From positions 18,074 to 82,073 of the forward strand of contig JAFUGJ010000034.1 of NCBI GenBank assembly GCA_017469425.1: 64,000 nucleotides of DNA, read 5' to 3'. The DNA is from Bacteroidales bacterium. Lineage in GTDB: Bacteria > Bacteroidota > Bacteroidia > Bacteroidales > UBA932. Within the stretch, counting starts at the first letter, position 1. Every line of letters begins with the position of its first letter. Both the position numbers and the translations under genes were made by a program. Shown here piece by piece: positions 30,414-40,614 of the stretch. The notes beneath the pieces are model-generated. The model searched no databases and was not told where the DNA came from. It saw only the letters and a program-made list of their open reading frames with translations.

Positions 30414-31400
30414 TTGTTTCCGCCGCAGGTTCCAACTGCGGCGGATACTGCTGATACAGTGTCGGTTTGCATTATCGGCGATGTGATGATGCATGCCAGG
30501 CAGCTGGAGCATGACCACAGTTTGTTTTTGTCGGAGATAGAGCCCGTGCTCTCCGGCGCCGACCTTTCCATCGCGAATGCGGAATTCACCCTTGCAGGCA
30601 AGCCATACTCCGGGTATCCGGCATTCAGCGCTCCGGATTCGTACCGGCAGAGTATTCTGGACAGCGGGGTGGATGTGCTGCTTACGGCCAACAATCACAT
30701 CCTCGACAAGGGCGCGAAAGGCTTGGAAAGGACGCTGAAACAATATGAATCCTTTACCGGAAGCGGCCTTGATGCGGAGCAGTTCGACAGTATTAATCCT
30801 TTGATAATAAGAAAGAGAGGAGTGTGGATTGCACTGGTCAACTTCACCTACGGAACCAATTGCGGCAGCAGCTCCGAGTTTCCTAAAGTCAATTACATGA
30901 AGAAGGCTCTGCTCGAAGGCCAGATGCGCCGCGCCCGTGAAAAGGCCGACATCGTGCTTGCCCTTCCGCATTGGGGAGAAGAGTATTCGCTTAAGCATAA
31001 TCAGTCGCAGGAGAACTGGGCGGGGTGGCTTGTGGAGAACGGGGCCGATGCCATAATCGGAGCGCATCCTCATGTTGTGCAGGATACGGCTCATATTGCG
31101 GGAGTGCCGGTGGTTTATTCGCTTGGCAATGCGGTGTCAAACATGAGTGCGGCCAACACCAGGCTTGAACTTGCTGTCATCCTGAAGATTGTACATTGGC
31201 GGATCAGCGGTCTCTGCGAACTGCTTGAACCGGAGCTGCGTTTCATGTGGTGTACCCTTCCCGGCAAACTTGTGCAGGGATACCGTACCATCTTTGTGGA
31301 TGAGTGGAAAGACAAGCGCGAGCAGTGGCTGGACCCTTCCGACTACGACAACATGATCCGGACCCTGGAGAGGGTCAAGAAAGAAACAAGAATACAATGA
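30414..31400 (+). CDS. CapA family metallophosphoesterase (start uncertain)
   Basis: GDVMMH, TANNHILD, PHWGEEY, IIGAHPHVVQ, YSLGN. No in-frame ATG at the N-terminus. Confidence 0.85.
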   Translation: MFPPQVPTAADTADTVSVCIIGDVMMHARQLEHDHSLFLSEIEPVLSGADLSIANAEFTLAGKPYSGYPAFSAPDSYRQSILDSGVDVLLTANNHILDKGAKGLERTLKQYESFTGSGLDAEQFDSINPLIIRKRGVWIALVNFTYGTNCGSSSEFPKVNYMKKALLEGQMRRAREKADIVLALPHWGEEYSLKHNQSQENWAGWLVENGADAIIGAHPHVVQDTAHIAGVPVVYSLGNAVSNMSAANTRLELAVILKIVHWRISGLCELLEPELRFMWCTLPGKLVQGYRTIFVDEWKDKREQWLDPSDYDNMIRTLERVKKETRIQ

Positions 31401-32335
31401 AGAAAAGCATTTTGCTCGACACCCCCGATCCCGTGGAGATTCTGGGTCCGGGAAACAAGATTCTGAATGAGTTCTGTACCTATTTCCCTTCGCTGGAGGT
31501 AACCGGCAAGGGAAATGAAATCAGTCTTGAAGGCGAACAGTCGCAGATAGACGACTTTGAAAAGAAGTTCGCCGAGCTGGTGTCGCTGCGGAAGCGCAAA
31601 CTCAACCTTACCGTCTATGATGTGGAAGATTTGTTCGCGGGGCGGAGCCTCCAGCCTGCCTTGGCAACGCAGGGGAATGCGGTAATCGTGCATACCAATG
31701 AAGGCAAGGCCATCCGGGCCCGCAACGCCAATCAGCAGAAGATGGTGAAGGCATATTTCAGCAACGACCTTGTTTTCGCAGTAGGCCCTGCCGGCACGGG
31801 AAAGACCTATATTGCCATCGCCCTTGCGGTGAGGGCTCTCAAGAACAGGGAAATAAAGCGCATCATCCTCACGCGCCCCGCCGTTGAGGCAGGGGAGAGG
31901 CTGGGCTTCCTTCCCGGCGACCTGAAGGATAAGCTGGATCCGTATCTTCAGCCTCTCTACGATGCCCTCGGCGACATGATTCCGGCAAAGAAACTGCAGG
32001 ATTTCATCGCCGGAGGCACCATCCAGATAGCTCCCCTCGCTTATATGCGCGGGCGCACCCTCGACGGGGCATGCGTGATATTGGACGAAGCTCAGAATAC
32101 AAATATGGGGCAGCTGAAGATGTTCCTTACCAGGATGGGCACCAACGCAAAGTTCATCGTGACAGGCGACGCCACCCAGATAGACCTTCCTCACAAGGAA
32201 GATTCCGGTTTGCTCAAGGGAATATCCCTGGTAAAAGACCTGAAAGGAGTGGAAACCATTTTCTTCGATGACCGCGACATCGTAAGGCATCCCCTGGTAA
32301 GTAAAATTGTAAAAGCATTCGATGCTGCGGACTGA
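31397..32335 (+). CDS. PhoH family ATPase
   Basis: GPAGTGKTY, RPAVEAGERLGFLPGD, YMRGRT, LDEAQN, DIVRHPLV. ATG at 31397. Confidence 0.95.
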   Translation: MKKSILLDTPDPVEILGPGNKILNEFCTYFPSLEVTGKGNEISLEGEQSQIDDFEKKFAELVSLRKRKLNLTVYDVEDLFAGRSLQPALATQGNAVIVHTNEGKAIRARNANQQKMVKAYFSNDLVFAVGPAGTGKTYIAIALAVRALKNREIKRIILTRPAVEAGERLGFLPGDLKDKLDPYLQPLYDALGDMIPAKKLQDFIAGGTIQIAPLAYMRGRTLDGACVILDEAQNTNMGQLKMFLTRMGTNAKFIVTGDATQIDLPHKEDSGLLKGISLVKDLKGVETIFFDDRDIVRHPLVSKIVKAFDAAD

Positions 32336-32359
32336 TACTTTTTATTAAATTTGCAGATT

Positions 32360-32887
32360 ATGAGAGTATCCGTTCGCTTCGTTCGCGGCATTGTCCTCGC
32401 TGCATTCATCGTGGCCTCTTTTTCAGGCTGCGATTCTTTCCGCAGGCTGGCGGGACGGCCTACATCCGCCGACATCCAGGCAAAGCGGGAGATGATTGCC
32501 GCGGAACAGGCTGCGCATCAGGCGAGGGTCGATTCGCTGAAACGCGTGGAAAAGGCCAAGGCCGATTCCCTGGAACTTCTCGACCGCATCAGGGAATCCG
32601 GAGAAATGTTCCTTTCCGCAACGAGCCTCCGCCGTGCCGATGTGACGGGGCTCGAAAAGCGTTATTATATTATCGTAGGGGCGTTTTCCAGCAGCGACAA
32701 TGCCGTCTATATGGCAAAGAAAATCGAAGCTGCCGGTTACGACAGCGTAAGAATCCCATACGGCAACGGTTTTACCGCCGTCGGAACGGGAGCATCGGAC
32801 ACTTTGGCACATTTATGGGATAAACTACACCGGGTGCGGAACGAATCGTTCTGCCCCAAGGATGTTTGGATTCTTGTAAATGAATAA
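32360..32887 (+). CDS. SPOR domain lipoprotein
   Basis: Lipobox FSGC; YYIIVGAFSSSDNA and terminal DVWIL. Confidence 0.8.
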   Translation: MRVSVRFVRGIVLAAFIVASFSGCDSFRRLAGRPTSADIQAKREMIAAEQAAHQARVDSLKRVEKAKADSLELLDRIRESGEMFLSATSLRRADVTGLEKRYYIIVGAFSSSDNAVYMAKKIEAAGYDSVRIPYGNGFTAVGTGASDTLAHLWDKLHRVRNESFCPKDVWILVNE

Positions 32888-32890
32888 GTT

Positions 32891-34093
32891 ATGAAAAAAG
32901 CACTGCTTTTCCTGTCTGCCCTGGTTTGCGGCATATGCGCTTTTGGACAGGGCTACAACGAACTATATGAGGGCGACGAAGCCAGGATGCTGCGTGAAAC
33001 GGCGGACTCGGTGTCTGCGTTTACTTCGGAGTCATCCCTTGCTGCCTTTGTGCAGAGGCGGCTTTCAGAGTGCGGAGTGGACATGCTGGGAGGCAGCACC
33101 ATGAACTCTTTCGGGATACACAGGGAAGGAGCCGATACTCTTGTGTTCAACAATGTCGTCGGGGTGATTCCCGGGTATGACAAGGCCCTGCGCTCGAAAT
33201 ATATCGTAGTGGGAACCCGTCTGGACCCTTCAAACTCCACGGCCGTTTCGCTGCTTCTTCAACTTGCCGCGCGGCTCTGCACCGGGAAAGTGCTTTTGCA
33301 GCGTTCGCTTGTGATTGCCGCTTTCGGAGGAGCTGAAGAAGCCAATGCGGGGTCGTGGTATTTCCTCAACAGGTCGTTTTATACCCCCCGTGACATAGAT
33401 GCCTATGTGAATCTCGACCTCTTCGGCAGCCCCAACAAGGGATTCTATGCTTTCACAGGAGCGAATGCCGACCTGAATGCGATGCTTGCCTCAATGGCCG
33501 CTTCGCTGCAGCCCGTGCTTCCAAAACTCATAAGTACGGAGCCTGCCCCGGGCGACCACCGTTCATTCTTCGCTTCGGAGATTCCTTCGGTGTTTTTTAC
33601 CACCGCAGCTCCGGGAGCGGATTATTTCGACAGGACGGATGCACTCGAATATGAGGAACTGAACCGTCAGTGCGAGTACCTTTATAATTTCTGCGTGGCA
33701 CTTAGTTCCGGCCCTGCGCCGCGTTTCCGCGTCGGTGCCGGTGACGGAGAGATTCTTACCGTGCCCTTTGCAAGCTGCGACCGCAAACCGCGCTTTCTCG
33801 GCTCGTCCGACCCGCGCAGTTTCCTCACGAAGTGGGTTTATGCATATCTTCGCTATCCCCAGGATGCCTTGGACAAGGGAATACAGGGGCAGGTACAGGT
33901 CAGTTTCATCGTCGATGAAAAAGGAAAAGTCAAGGATGTGACCGTGACCAGGAGCCTGCATCCTTCACTTGATGCCGAAGCTGTCAGGGTAATAGAAGCG
34001 TCTCCCGACTGGAAGGCCGGGTTATATGAAGGCCGTGCCGTGCGTACCAAAATCAATCTTGGAGTTGACTTTGTGCTGAAAAAAAGAAAATGA
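32891..34093 (+). CDS. degenerate M28 peptidase-like domain fused to a TonB C-terminal domain
   Basis: [19 protein letters not shown] and DHRSF (M28 fold); YPQDA...[16 protein letters not shown]...LDAEAVRVI...W (TonB_C). Confidence 0.8.
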   Translation: MKKALLFLSALVCGICAFGQGYNELYEGDEARMLRETADSVSAFTSESSLAAFVQRRLSECGVDMLGGSTMNSFGIHREGADTLVFNNVVGVIPGYDKALRSKYIVVGTRLDPSNSTAVSLLLQLAARLCTGKVLLQRSLVIAAFGGAEEANAGSWYFLNRSFYTPRDIDAYVNLDLFGSPNKGFYAFTGANADLNAMLASMAASLQPVLPKLISTEPAPGDHRSFFASEIPSVFFTTAAPGADYFDRTDALEYEELNRQCEYLYNFCVALSSGPAPRFRVGAGDGEILTVPFASCDRKPRFLGSSDPRSFLTKWVYAYLRYPQDALDKGIQGQVQVSFIVDEKGKVKDVTVTRSLHPSLDAEAVRVIEASPDWKAGLYEGRAVRTKINLGVDFVLKKRK

Positions 34094-36834
34094 TACAGAA
34101 TATGGATTACGATTTCGCGAGAATTGAAAAGAAGTGGCAGGAGCGTTGGGCGGAGGAAAAGACCTACCGTACCGTAGAGGATCCTTCCAAACCCAAGTTT
34201 TATGTGCTTGACATGTTCCCTTATCCGTCCGGAGCCGGGCTCCATGTGGGGCATCCCCTCGGATATATAGCGAGCGACATTTATGCCCGCTACAAGAGGC
34301 TCAAGGGCTTTAATGTGCTTCATCCCATGGGCTACGACGCTTTCGGCCTGCCTGCGGAGCAGTATGCAATACAGACCGGCCAGCATCCGGAGAAGACCAC
34401 ATCCGAGAATGTGGCGCGTTATCGCCAGCAGCTCGACCGCATAGGTTTTTCCTATGACTGGGACAGGTCTTTCCGCACCTGCGACCCGGATTATTACAAA
34501 TGGACGCAGTGGGCTTTCCTTCGCATGTTCAAGAGCTGGTACGACCCCGAGATGGACAAGGCGCGCCCTATTAACGAACTGATTGCCAAGTTCGAATCCA
34601 CGGGATACGACGACATCACCCCCAAAATGTGGGCCGAGGCTTCCGCCAGGGAGAAGTCCGACATCCTCATGCGTTATCGTATCGCATATCAGGGAGAAAC
34701 TTCCGTAAACTGGTGCGAAGGGCTCGGAACCGTGCTTGCAAACGACGAAGTGAAGGACGGCCTGTCCGTGCGCGGCGGCTTCCCCGTGGAGCAGAAGAAG
34801 ATGACGCAGTGGCAGCTGCGCGTTTCCGCTTATGCGGGGCGTCTTCTGGATTCGCTTGACAAGCTTGAATGGACCGATTCGCTGAAAGAAATGCAGCGCA
34901 ACTGGATAGGCAGGAGCGAGGGCACCGAAATGGTGTTCGATACGGTCTGCGGCGATGTCCATAAACCTGTCACCATTTTCACCACCCGTGCCGACACCGT
35001 GTTCGGGGTTACTTTCATGGTGCTCGCACCCGAAAGCGAACTGGTGGATGAACTTACCGCACCCGAACGGAAAGAAGCGGTGGCCGCTTATATCAAGGAA
35101 GTCAAAAAGAAAACCGAGCGCGAGCGCATTGCTGAAACCAAGACCGTTACCGGAGTCTTTACCGGTTCTTACGGCATCAATCCTCTCACCGGGGAGAAGG
35201 TTCCCATCTGGGTATCCGAATATGTGCTTGCGGGCTACGGCACCGGCGCCATCATGGCGGTTCCCGCCCACGACAGCCGTGACTATGCCTTTGCGAAGAA
35301 GTTCGGCCTGCCCATCATTCCGCTGATAGAAGGGGCCGATGTGAGCGAACAAAGTTTCGATGCAAAGGAAGGGAAGATGATTAATTCGGGCTTCCTGAAC
35401 GGGATGGATGTGAAGGACGCCATCGAAGCCGCGAAAGATTATGTCGAGGCCCACGGGCTTGGCAGGCGCAAGACCAACTACCGCCTTCGCGACGCAATCT
35501 TCTCCCGTCAGCGTTACTGGGGTGAACCTTTCCCCATCTACTACAAGGACGGCATCGCCACCCCCATCCCCGATGAGGACCTGCCTCTGCTCTTGCCGGA
35601 AATCGATTCCTACAAATCCAAGAACGGCGAACCTCCCCTTGCCCGGGCCAAAGACTGGAGCTACAAGGGGCATCCCATCGAAACCAGCACCATGCCGGGA
35701 TTTGCCGGTTCCAGCGCATACTATCTGCGTTATATGGACCCTCGCAACGATGACGCCCTCGTGGGAGCTGAAGCCGACCGCTACTGGAGAAATGTCGACC
35801 TTTATGTGGGCGGCACCGAACATGCCACCGGGCATCTTATCTATTCGCGTTTCTGGAACAAGTTCCTCTACGACCTCGGTTATGTCTGCGAAGACGAGCC
35901 TTTCCGCAAGCTCGTGAACCAGGGAATGATTCAGGGGCGTTCGAATTTTGTTTACAGGGTGGTGGGCACCAACAAGTTCGTATCCCTCGGCCTCAAGGAC
36001 CGGTACGAGACCACGGAAATCCATGTCGATATCAACATAGTACGCAACGACCGTCTTGACCTCGAAGCTTTCCGCGCATGGCGTCCTGAATATGCCGACG
36101 CGGAGTTTATCCTGGAAAACGGAGAGTACATCTGCGGCTGGGCAGTGGAGAAGATGAGCAAGAGCATGTACAATGTCGTGAATCCCGACGATATATGCGA
36201 TACTTATGGCGCCGATACCCTGCGCCTGTATGAAATGTTCCTCGGCCCCGTGGAGCAGAGCAAGCCCTGGGATACCAAGGGTATCGACGGCGTAAACCGT
36301 TTCCTGCGCAAGTTCTGGCGGCTCTTCTACGACCGCGAGAAATTCATTGTCAGCGATGCGAAGGCTTCGCCCAAGGAACTCAAGGCCCTTCATAAGCTTA
36401 TAGGCAAGGAAGAGGAGGATATTGAAAACTTCTCTTACAACACTACTATCAGCGCCTTCATGATTGCGGTGAATGAACTGACGGAGCTTGACTGCCATTG
36501 CCGCGAGGTGCTTGAACCTCTGGTGGTGCTGCTGTCTCCTTTCGCTCCCCATGTCGCCGAGGAACTCTGGCACGAACTTGGGCACGACAGCAGCGTCGTG
36601 TATGCCGCTTTCCCTGTTTATGACGAGACTCTTACCGTGGAAGACACCGTGACCTATCCCGTTTCCTTCAATGGTAAAACCAGATTTACTGTCGACATGC
36701 CCAAATCTGCTTCTCCCGCCGAAGTGGAGGCCAATATCCGTTCGCTGGAGCAGACCGCCAGGTATGTAGGGGCGCAGAACATAGTGAAGGTGATAGTCGT
36801 TCCGGGAAGAATCGTCAATGTAGTCTTGAAATGA
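34090..36834 (+). CDS. leuS: leucine--tRNA ligase
   Basis: [44 protein letters not shown]. Confidence 0.98.
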   Translation: MIQNMDYDFARIEKKWQERWAEEKTYRTVEDPSKPKFYVLDMFPYPSGAGLHVGHPLGYIASDIYARYKRLKGFNVLHPMGYDAFGLPAEQYAIQTGQHPEKTTSENVARYRQQLDRIGFSYDWDRSFRTCDPDYYKWTQWAFLRMFKSWYDPEMDKARPINELIAKFESTGYDDITPKMWAEASAREKSDILMRYRIAYQGETSVNWCEGLGTVLANDEVKDGLSVRGGFPVEQKKMTQWQLRVSAYAGRLLDSLDKLEWTDSLKEMQRNWIGRSEGTEMVFDTVCGDVHKPVTIFTTRADTVFGVTFMVLAPESELVDELTAPERKEAVAAYIKEVKKKTERERIAETKTVTGVFTGSYGINPLTGEKVPIWVSEYVLAGYGTGAIMAVPAHDSRDYAFAKKFGLPIIPLIEGADVSEQSFDAKEGKMINSGFLNGMDVKDAIEAAKDYVEAHGLGRRKTNYRLRDAIFSRQRYWGEPFPIYYKDGIATPIPDEDLPLLLPEIDSYKSKNGEPPLARAKDWSYKGHPIETSTMPGFAGSSAYYLRYMDPRNDDALVGAEADRYWRNVDLYVGGTEHATGHLIYSRFWNKFLYDLGYVCEDEPFRKLVNQGMIQGRSNFVYRVVGTNKFVSLGLKDRYETTEIHVDINIVRNDRLDLEAFRAWRPEYADAEFILENGEYICGWAVEKMSKSMYNVVNPDDICDTYGADTLRLYEMFLGPVEQSKPWDTKGIDGVNRFLRKFWRLFYDREKFIVSDAKASPKELKALHKLIGKEEEDIENFSYNTTISAFMIAVNELTELDCHCREVLEPLVVLLSPFAPHVAEELWHELGHDSSVVYAAFPVYDETLTVEDTVTYPVSFNGKTRFTVDMPKSASPAEVEANIRSLEQTARYVGAQNIVKVIVVPGRIVNVVLK

Positions 36835-37748
36835 AAAAGAAGATTCTGACAACCCTGTGGGATTATCTGGCGATGACCTTCGCCGTCATTGTATTCACCC
36901 TTGCGTGGGAGGGGTTCATGATTCCCAATGGAATGTCCGCAGGAGGGCTGATGGGTATCTGTACCGTGATTGAATTCGCTACCAACGGGGCCATCATGGC
37001 TTCTTACTCCTATATCGCCATCAACACCCTGCTTATCGTCATTGCAGTCTTTGCATTCGGAATCGGTTTCGGATTCAAGACCATATATTGCATCCTTGCT
37101 GAGACCGTGGCGCTGAAGTTCTTTGCCGATTTCGACTGGCTGCACGCCGTCGAGGGGAATTTCCTGTATGTGAAAGAGACTTTGATGATTCCCGTCATCG
37201 CAGGCGTGCTTGAGGCTGTCGGTGTCGGAATTATCATTCGCCGCGGCGGCAGCACCGGAGGCACCGACATCATCGCCCTGATGGTGAACAAGTACTGGCC
37301 GGTATCCCTCAGCAGGGTGTTCCTCCTCACCGATATCGTAATCGTCTGTTCCATGCTCCTTCTCCCCGGAAGGGCTTTCTCCGATTTGGTGTATGGTTTT
37401 GTGATGATGGTCACTTTCGCATTCATGATTGATTATGTGGTGGTGGGCGACAAGGGAACCATTCAGCTGATGGTATTCTCGCACAGGTATTCGGAGATAG
37501 CGGATTACATCACCGGAAAGATGGACCGCGGAGTTACCGTGCTCAAGGCTCAGGGTTGGTTTACCAAGAAAGACAGGAATGTGCTCCTGCTGCTGATGCG
37601 CAAGAACGAGCTTTCCGAGATTACCAAGGTTATCAAGGAGTTCGACAACAGGGCCTTCATGTCGGTAACCCAGGTAGGCGGAGTTTACGGAGAGGGTTTC
37701 GAGGAAATCAAAGCCGGAATCAGAAGAAAGAAAACGGAGGAACAATAA
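36831..37748 (+). CDS. YitT family membrane protein
   Basis: [26 protein letters not shown]. Confidence 0.9.
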   Translation: MKKKILTTLWDYLAMTFAVIVFTLAWEGFMIPNGMSAGGLMGICTVIEFATNGAIMASYSYIAINTLLIVIAVFAFGIGFGFKTIYCILAETVALKFFADFDWLHAVEGNFLYVKETLMIPVIAGVLEAVGVGIIIRRGGSTGGTDIIALMVNKYWPVSLSRVFLLTDIVIVCSMLLLPGRAFSDLVYGFVMMVTFAFMIDYVVVGDKGTIQLMVFSHRYSEIADYITGKMDRGVTVLKAQGWFTKKDRNVLLLLMRKNELSEITKVIKEFDNRAFMSVTQVGGVYGEGFEEIKAGIRRKKTEEQ

Positions 37749-37749
37749 T

Positions 37750-38679
37750 ATGGCAATTCTCAAGACATCCGCTCTTGGAGCAATCAAGGACTATGCGATA
37801 GTCACTTTGGGTATATTGCTTTTTGTGCTCGGGTGGAGCATTTTCCTTGTGCCCAACAATCTTGTGGGCGGAGGCGTAACCGGCCTTTCGGCAATCTTGC
37901 AGTACGCTACCCATGGCGTCATCAAGATTGGATATTCGTATTTCGTAATCAATGTCGCCCTCATCATTACCGCTCTCTTTGTGCTCGGGTTCGGTTTCGG
38001 TGGCAAGACGATATGGGCAACCGTCATCGCTTCCGTGGGGCTGAACTTGTTTCAGACCCTGATTCCGGCCGACTTCATCCAGGCCATAGCCCTGGATAAC
38101 GGGAAGCTGATGAGCACCATCATGGGAGGTATCATGGTAGGAACTGGAATAGGACTTACCATGACAGCCGGAGGCAGCACCGGGGGCACCGACATCATCG
38201 CCCTCATAGTGAACAAATACCGTAATGTTTCACCAGGGCGTCTCATACTCTGGATGGATGTCGTCATCATCCTTGCTTCGCTGCTGGTTCCTTCATATAC
38301 TGCCGAGGGGGTGGAAGTTCCTTTCGTCGAAAAAATCACCACCGTAGTGTACGGTTTCATCCTGGTCGTAATCAACAGCACGGTACTCGACCTTGTTATT
38401 TCAGGGTCGCGTCAGAGCGTCCAGCTTTTCATCCTCTCGCAGAAATATGCGGAGATAGCCGACGCCATCACCCACGACCTTCACAGGGGCGTGACCGTGC
38501 TTGACGGCAAGGGATGGTACACCAAGAACAACACCGAGGTGCTGATGGTGCTTACCCGCAAATCCGACCTGAACCTGATGCTGCGCTATATCAAGACCAT
38601 CGACCCCAATGCCTTCCTTTCGGTTTCTTCGGTAACCGGAGTATATGGGAAGGGCTTTGATGTCATCAAAAAAAGGTAG
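37750..38679 (+). CDS. YitT family membrane protein (tandem paralog)
   Basis: [32 protein letters not shown]. Confidence 0.9.
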   Translation: MAILKTSALGAIKDYAIVTLGILLFVLGWSIFLVPNNLVGGGVTGLSAILQYATHGVIKIGYSYFVINVALIITALFVLGFGFGGKTIWATVIASVGLNLFQTLIPADFIQAIALDNGKLMSTIMGGIMVGTGIGLTMTAGGSTGGTDIIALIVNKYRNVSPGRLILWMDVVIILASLLVPSYTAEGVEVPFVEKITTVVYGFILVVINSTVLDLVISGSRQSVQLFILSQKYAEIADAITHDLHRGVTVLDGKGWYTKNNTEVLMVLTRKSDLNLMLRYIKTIDPNAFLSVSSVTGVYGKGFDVIKKR

Positions 38680-38730
38680 TATTCCGGGTAGTAGGAATAT
38701 TGTACTACCGGTAAACGGAAATTTTTTGTT

Positions 38731-38769
38731 TTTACCCCCGTGTTTTACTCCCTGGAACTCGGGGGTAAG
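38731..38769. repeat. inverted repeat / hairpin upstream of the AraC regulator
   Basis: TTACCCCCG (38732-38740) and CGGGGGTAA (38760-38768) form a perfect 9-bp inverted repeat, with further inner pairing. Confidence 0.7.
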
Positions 38770-38805
38770 TCGTATATTGTGGGCAGATAACACTTTAAAA
38801 CCACA

Positions 38806-39867
38806 ATGAAAAGGGTAATTACATTGCACTTCGTAATGCGGCTGGCGCCGCTGTTCGTCCTTTCGGTTCTTTTTTCGGAGGAACTCATATGCGGAGATTC
38901 TGTCGGGAGGGATTTTCGCATTTGCTGTGATCTTCTCTCAGCGGCGGTACTGTCGGATTTCTATCCTTGTTCCCATGAGAAAACCTCCGTGTCGCTGGCA
39001 TGTATATGCGCAGCTGCGCTTTATTATGTTTCTGCCGGTTTCTTCTGCGGCGGAATCAAGGGCTGCATCCTATTGATGGTGGTGCCTTCATTGCTGTTCA
39101 ATGTATCCTATCGTTCTCTGCGCATCTTGGACAAATATCGGGAACTTTCCATGTTGCTGCGCCGCGACGGAGCTCTTTGCCGCCTGGAAGAAGATTCGCA
39201 TTTGCTGTATTCTGGATTCATTCCTGTAATTATACTGCTGCTTCTGCTCCTTGCCTCGCTGGGCGCTCCCTCCGTCTTGTATCTGCCGCTCGCCATAGCT
39301 GAAATCTTCCTTTATTCGATTACGCATCGAAGGGCATATTCGGGCAGGTCGATGCTTTTGAAACTCCGCAGGGAAAGGCGGCTCTTCAACATGGTGAATG
39401 CCGAAATGAACAGCGCTATCGATGTGGGAGAGATTGAAGAGGATATCCTTGCAGGCATTTACCGGAGGGTGCAGACCTATATGCAGCTTCACCGTCCTTT
39501 CCTGAACGAGAGTTTCACCCTGGAAAACATGTGCTCAGCCCTCAATATGAACAAGCACTATATTTCCAGGGCGATAAACAAGTATGCGAAGAAGAACTTC
39601 CGGCAATATGTGAATTACTACCGGGTAAAATATTCAATCGAGAAAATGAAACGCGAACCTGACATCAAAATCATAGAATTGGCCTTCGGTTCGGGCTTTC
39701 ACTCTGCGGTTACTTACAATATGGCTTTCAAGCTTTTTATGGGTATCACTCCCAGCGACATGCTGGCGCGAATCAGGCTTTCGTCGGACCGGCAGGGATT
39801 TTCCACCCGGAAGGAATCGGCAGCTGCAAATCCAGCTCGGATTTCCTTACAGGATGCACAAGGGTGA
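38806..39867 (+). CDS. membrane-anchored AraC family transcriptional regulator
   Basis: Several N-terminal TM helices; C-terminal PFLNESFTL, YISRAIN, NFRQYVNYYRV, SGFHSAVTYNMAFK, GITPS. 3' end overlaps the RluA gene. Confidence 0.85.
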   Translation: MKRVITLHFVMRLAPLFVLSVLFSEELICGDSVGRDFRICCDLLSAAVLSDFYPCSHEKTSVSLACICAAALYYVSAGFFCGGIKGCILLMVVPSLLFNVSYRSLRILDKYRELSMLLRRDGALCRLEEDSHLLYSGFIPVIILLLLLLASLGAPSVLYLPLAIAEIFLYSITHRRAYSGRSMLLKLRRERRLFNMVNAEMNSAIDVGEIEEDILAGIYRRVQTYMQLHRPFLNESFTLENMCSALNMNKHYISRAINKYAKKNFRQYVNYYRVKYSIEKMKREPDIKIIELAFGSGFHSAVTYNMAFKLFMGITPSDMLARIRLSSDRQGFSTRKESAAANPARISLQDAQG

Positions 39868-40492
39868 TGCGCCAGGCTTGAAGGCATATGCCTCCGTCGG
39901 GATTTGACCGTGGAGCTCCGTATTTGAGGTCTCCTTTGATGGGGCATCCCATGTGCGAAAGCTGGCAGCGTATCTGATGATGGCGGCCTGTCAGCAGCTC
40001 TATTTCCAGCAGGTGGTAGTGCAGGGTGGGGAAGAGGTAGCGGTAGCGCAGTCTTGCCAGTTTAGCCTTCGGCCCCGGTTTTCTTGTAACGAAGCTTTTG
40101 TTGAGTTTTTCGTTGCGTTCCAGCCAGTCTTCCAGAAGACCTTCGTCTGAGGGCGGTGCTGCGCAGCAAAGGGCTCTGTAACTCTTGTGTACCTCGGAAT
40201 TGCGGAACATCTCATTCAGCCGCTCCAGGGCTTTCGAGGTTTTTGCAAATACGCACAAGCCGCACACCGGACGGTCGAGGCGGTGGGGTACGCCCATGAA
40301 AACCTTTCCCGGCTTGGAGTCGCGTCCGGCGACAAATGCTTTCAGCGTCTCACAAAGCGCTTCATCGCCGGTCTTGTCGCCCTGGACTATTTCTCCCGCC
40401 CTCTTGTCAAACACAAGAAGGTGGTTGTCTTCGTAAACGATACGGGCGGCTATGCTCTCGTATTCTGCGCTGCTGAGGATGCGGTATTCCAT
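39773..40492 (-). CDS. RluA family pseudouridine synthase
   Basis: IVYEDNHLL, HRLDRPV, LTGRHHQIR, PIKGDLKYG. Confidence 0.93.
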   Translation of the reverse strand: MEYRILSSAEYESIAARIVYEDNHLLVFDKRAGEIVQGDKTGDEALCETLKAFVAGRDSKPGKVFMGVPHRLDRPVCGLCVFAKTSKALERLNEMFRNSEVHKSYRALCCAAPPSDEGLLEDWLERNEKLNKSFVTRKPGPKAKLARLRYRYLFPTLHYHLLEIELLTGRHHQIRCQLSHMGCPIKGDLKYGAPRSNPDGGICLQAWRITLVHPVRKSELDLQLPIPSGWKIPAGPTKA

Positions 40493-40509
40493 TTCTTCCG
40501 CAAAGATAA

Positions 40510-40548
40510 TGACAAATTGTCAGAAATGTTCCGGTGGCACAGCTTTCG
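40510..40548 (+). promoter_or_regulatory. candidate heat-shock control element upstream of dnaK
   Basis: Perfect palindrome TGACAA-A-TTGTCA at 40510-40522, then TGGCAC at 40535-40540. No plus-strand TAnnTTTG box before dnaK. Confidence 0.5.
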
Positions 40549-40614
40549 TTATTGGAGAAAGCGTCACTTGGTTGTGACATGTTAACAAGAAAACAAAAAT
40601 AGGAGTTGAATATT

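Noticed and set aside
30414-31400. CapA as evidence of a poly-gamma-glutamate capsule
   Set aside because: No capB or capC nearby; lone CapA-family phosphoesterases are widespread.
33853-36852. 999-aa antisense ORF over leuS, and similar ones over gyrA (26752-29157), dnaK (40582-41862) and patatin (53983-55641)
   Set aside because: Shadow frames caused by GC-biased codon usage of conserved genes; no recognisable motifs.
36831-38679. Tandem yitT genes as a recent duplication
   Set aside because: The two copies are well diverged; an old paralog pair with nothing unusual.
38665-38714. Programmed -1 frameshift at the A7 run ending the second yitT, followed by structure
   Set aside because: The run is not a correctly phased A_AAA_AAG, and the shifted frame stops after about a dozen codons.
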